DNA of 64,000 bases from Nitrospirota bacterium (lineage in GTDB: Bacteria; Nitrospirota; Thermodesulfovibrionia; Thermodesulfovibrionales; Dissulfurispiraceae), in contig CAWBMP010000005.1 in NCBI GenBank assembly GCA_963790025.1, positions 384,001-448,000 of the forward strand. The letters are read 5' to 3'. Below are positions 61,649 through 64,000 of the stretch, one piece after another. The notes beneath the pieces were generated by a model. The model searched no databases and was not told where the DNA came from. It was given only the letters and a program-made list of their open reading frames with translations. The position numbers and the translations under genes are program-made. Positions within the stretch are counted from its first letter, which is position 1. Every line of letters starts with the position of its first letter.

Positions 61649-62631
61649 TTGTCGAACTTTTTCCTGTACGACCGTATGGAGTTCCTGATTTCGTCGTTGC
61701 CCGAAATCGTTTCAGGTCGCATATCTTTACCGGTCAGTTTCAAAAAAACATCGTTCAGCGTCGGCCTCTGCAGACGCACCGAAATTACGCTGTCTTGGAG
61801 AGCGCCGATCAGTTTTGGAATACAAGCATCGCCGCCTCCGGCAATCGGAATAAAAACTTCGCCGTTCAGTTCCTCGGCGTCGAGGTGAAACTGGGTTTGT
61901 ATCACACGCAGCGCAATTGCATTGTCCTTAGTCTTCAGGTAAATGACATCCCCGCCGACCATTTTTTTCAGCTCCTCGGGCGAGCCCTGGGCAATGATTT
62001 TTCCCTTATCGATGACAGCTATTCTGTTGCATATTTCGGCCTCTTCCATGTAATGAGTGGTCATGAAAATGGTGACTCCCTGCTGTTGCGGCAGCCTTGA
62101 AATGAATTCCCACAGGTTCGTCCTGCTCTGGGGGTCCAGTCCCAGTGTCGGCTCGTCTAGGAACAATACCCTGGGCTGATGGATGATGCTTCGCGCAACT
62201 TCCAGCCGCCTCTTCATTCCGCCGGAAAACTTTTTTACCGGATCGTTTTTTCGCTCATGAAGTCCCACGAACTGTAATGCGTCCTCTATCCTTTTTTTGC
62301 GCCCGGTCTTGGGTACGCTGTAAAGATAGGAGTGAAAGAGCAGGTTTTCGTATGCAGTTAGCTCCTTGTCCAGGGTATTGTCCTGGAAGACTATACCTAT
62401 TTTTTTCCTGACCTCGGAGGATTCTTTCACGCAGTCGTTGCCGTCAATCGTTGCATTGCCGGAAGTCGGGGAGAGGAGCGTGCATAGAATATTTATAGTT
62501 GTGGTCTTTCCAGCCCCGTTGGGGCCGAGGAAGCCGAAAATGGAACCTTGCTCCACCGCAAAAGATATCCCGTCCACGGCAGTAGTGCTGCCGAATTTCT
62601 TTGTCAGGTTATTTACGGTGATTATGGACAT
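61645..62631 (-). CDS. ABC transporter ATP-binding protein (DrrA-like)
   Basis: GPNGAGKTT, FSGGM, LDEPT, TTHYMEEA. Confidence 0.95.
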   Translation of the reverse strand: MSIITVNNLTKKFGSTTAVDGISFAVEQGSIFGFLGPNGAGKTTTINILCTLLSPTSGNATIDGNDCVKESSEVRKKIGIVFQDNTLDKELTAYENLLFHSYLYSVPKTGRKKRIEDALQFVGLHERKNDPVKKFSGGMKRRLEVARSIIHQPRVLFLDEPTLGLDPQSRTNLWEFISRLPQQQGVTIFMTTHYMEEAEICNRIAVIDKGKIIAQGSPEELKKMVGGDVIYLKTKDNAIALRVIQTQFHLDAEELNGEVFIPIAGGGDACIPKLIGALQDSVISVRLQRPTLNDVFLKLTGKDMRPETISGNDEIRNSIRSYRKKFDK

Positions 62632-62655
62632 ACTATTAAGTCTAACTTAATTCCG

Positions 62656-63999
62656 CTAGTTATACCACTCGATGCGATTGCGGGGCACATACCAGTGTAT
62701 GAAATCGTAGTCTATTCCTATGGGTGCCTTTACTACGCCCTTGAAGCGTTTGTGCAGTACAAGAAGGGCATCGGGGACGTAGAGGAATGCATACGGTTGT
62801 TCTTCGGCGAGTATCTCGTGTATTCTGTGATAAATCTTTTTCCTTTTTTCCAAGGTAAAGGTGCGCCTGCCTGCTAGCAGTAACCGGTCAACTTCCTCAT
62901 TTTTGTAAGAGATGAAATTGAATTCCCCTTCTTTTGTTTTCGAGGAATGCCAAATGTCGTAGATATCAGGGTCTCTAGAGAGGGCCCAGCCCATAATAAT
63001 GGCTTCGAAACGTTTTTTATCGATAAATTCGTGCAGCATCGCCTGCCACTCGAGTACTTTTATGTGTAATTCTATACCGACCCGATTTAGTTGTTCTTTC
63101 AGTATCTGGGCAGTCTTGAGTCTCGCATCGTTACCCTGGGTTACAAGAACGGTGAAAGAAAATGTCCTGCCGTCTTTCTCTATCAGTCCCGATTTGTTCA
63201 TCCTCCATCCAGCTTCTGCAAGCAGTTCACGTGCCATGGCTGGGTTGTAGTCGTAATCCCTGACAGCCGGATTGTAGGCCCATGATTCAGGGGGGAAGGG
63301 GCCGGTACAGGGAGTTCCGTATCCTAATAGCACCCCGGCTATAATCTCTTTTTTGTTGATTGCATGAGCTATTGCCTGCCTTACACGCACGTCCTTGAAA
63401 AGTGGGTCGAGCAGATTGTATCCCATATATGTGTATCCGAAGGAGGGATACCTGAACTTCTGAAAAAACCTATTGAAGAATGCATTGTTTACCTGAAGTT
63501 TATATTGAGGCGGAGTTACACCCATGAAATCGATGCCGCCGAATTTCAGCTCTAAAAACATCGTCGAAGAATCGGGAATTACGCGAAACAGCACTCTGTC
63601 GATATTCGGTCTTCCTTCGAAGTAATGATCGAAGGCAGTGAGTATGATTTTTTGTCCGGTCACCCATTCGGCAAGCCGGTATGGGCCGTTCCCGGTTGGG
63701 TTCCGGTTTATTTCAGGAGACGAAAGGTCCTTTCCCTCAAGAAGGTGCTTTGGCACGATCCCCATGCCCCAGGATTCTAATGCAGGGGCAAAAGGTTCCT
63801 TGTAAATTACTTTGACCGTATATTTGTCGGGAGCCTCAACGCTCTTAACGGGTCCGTAGATGCTGCTATACGGTGTCGGCACTGATGGATCGATAACTTT
63901 ATTGTAGGTAAAAACAACGTCATCAGCGGTGAGTTCCGTTCCATCATGCCACTTGATACCCTTGTGGAGATGAAAGATTATCTGCAGACCGTCAGGACT
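62656..63999 (-). CDS. Peptide/nickel ABC substrate-binding protein (family 5), 5'-truncated by the window edge
   Basis: Frame is open to the window end: SPDGLQIIFHLHKGIKWHDGTELTADDVVFT signature; GNGPY, DVRVRQAI. Confidence 0.93.
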   Translation of the reverse strand, partial: SPDGLQIIFHLHKGIKWHDGTELTADDVVFTYNKVIDPSVPTPYSSIYGPVKSVEAPDKYTVKVIYKEPFAPALESWGMGIVPKHLLEGKDLSSPEINRNPTGNGPYRLAEWVTGQKIILTAFDHYFEGRPNIDRVLFRVIPDSSTMFLELKFGGIDFMGVTPPQYKLQVNNAFFNRFFQKFRYPSFGYTYMGYNLLDPLFKDVRVRQAIAHAINKKEIIAGVLLGYGTPCTGPFPPESWAYNPAVRDYDYNPAMARELLAEAGWRMNKSGLIEKDGRTFSFTVLVTQGNDARLKTAQILKEQLNRVGIELHIKVLEWQAMLHEFIDKKRFEAIIMGWALSRDPDIYDIWHSSKTKEGEFNFISYKNEEVDRLLLAGRRTFTLEKRKKIYHRIHEILAEEQPYAFLYVPDALLVLHKRFKGVVKAPIGIDYDFIHWYVPRNRIEWYN

Positions 64000-64000
64000 T

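Overview
This is a gene-dense bacterial chromosome segment. Gene content and order suggest Nitrospirota/Thermodesulfovibrionia or a deltaproteobacterium-like anaerobe (inference only). Most of it is housekeeping: the distal atp operon (atpF-H-A-G-D-C), glgP/glgX, yajC-secD-secF-recJ-panB, nnr-pgeF-tsaE-nadK-udg-gmhA-ruvCAB-queH-queA, phoH-HD-ybeY-dgkA, typA, pilD, rimP-nusA-recG and ABC transporter genes. I found no rRNA, tRNA, CRISPR array, transposase or integrase. Four observations stand out. (1) Two tandem, uncharacterised Ser/Thr/Asn/Gln-rich, His-tract paralogues carry sigma28-like and sigma54-like promoters and an FlgM-like DxVxxS motif; they are candidate flagellar-export substrates. 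(2) A small GGQ ribosome-rescue factor sits head-to-head with an archease-rtcB RNA-ligation operon. (3) Dispersed palindromic elements built from tandem 6/7/8-mers sit at stop codons and have entered reading frames (recJ, tsaE, ruvA, queH, SpoIID). (4) secF and a flavodoxin-ferredoxin gene have +1 frameshifts in the same AGATTCT context, and a histidine kinase has a probable hidden homopolymer frameshift; these are most likely sequencing errors.
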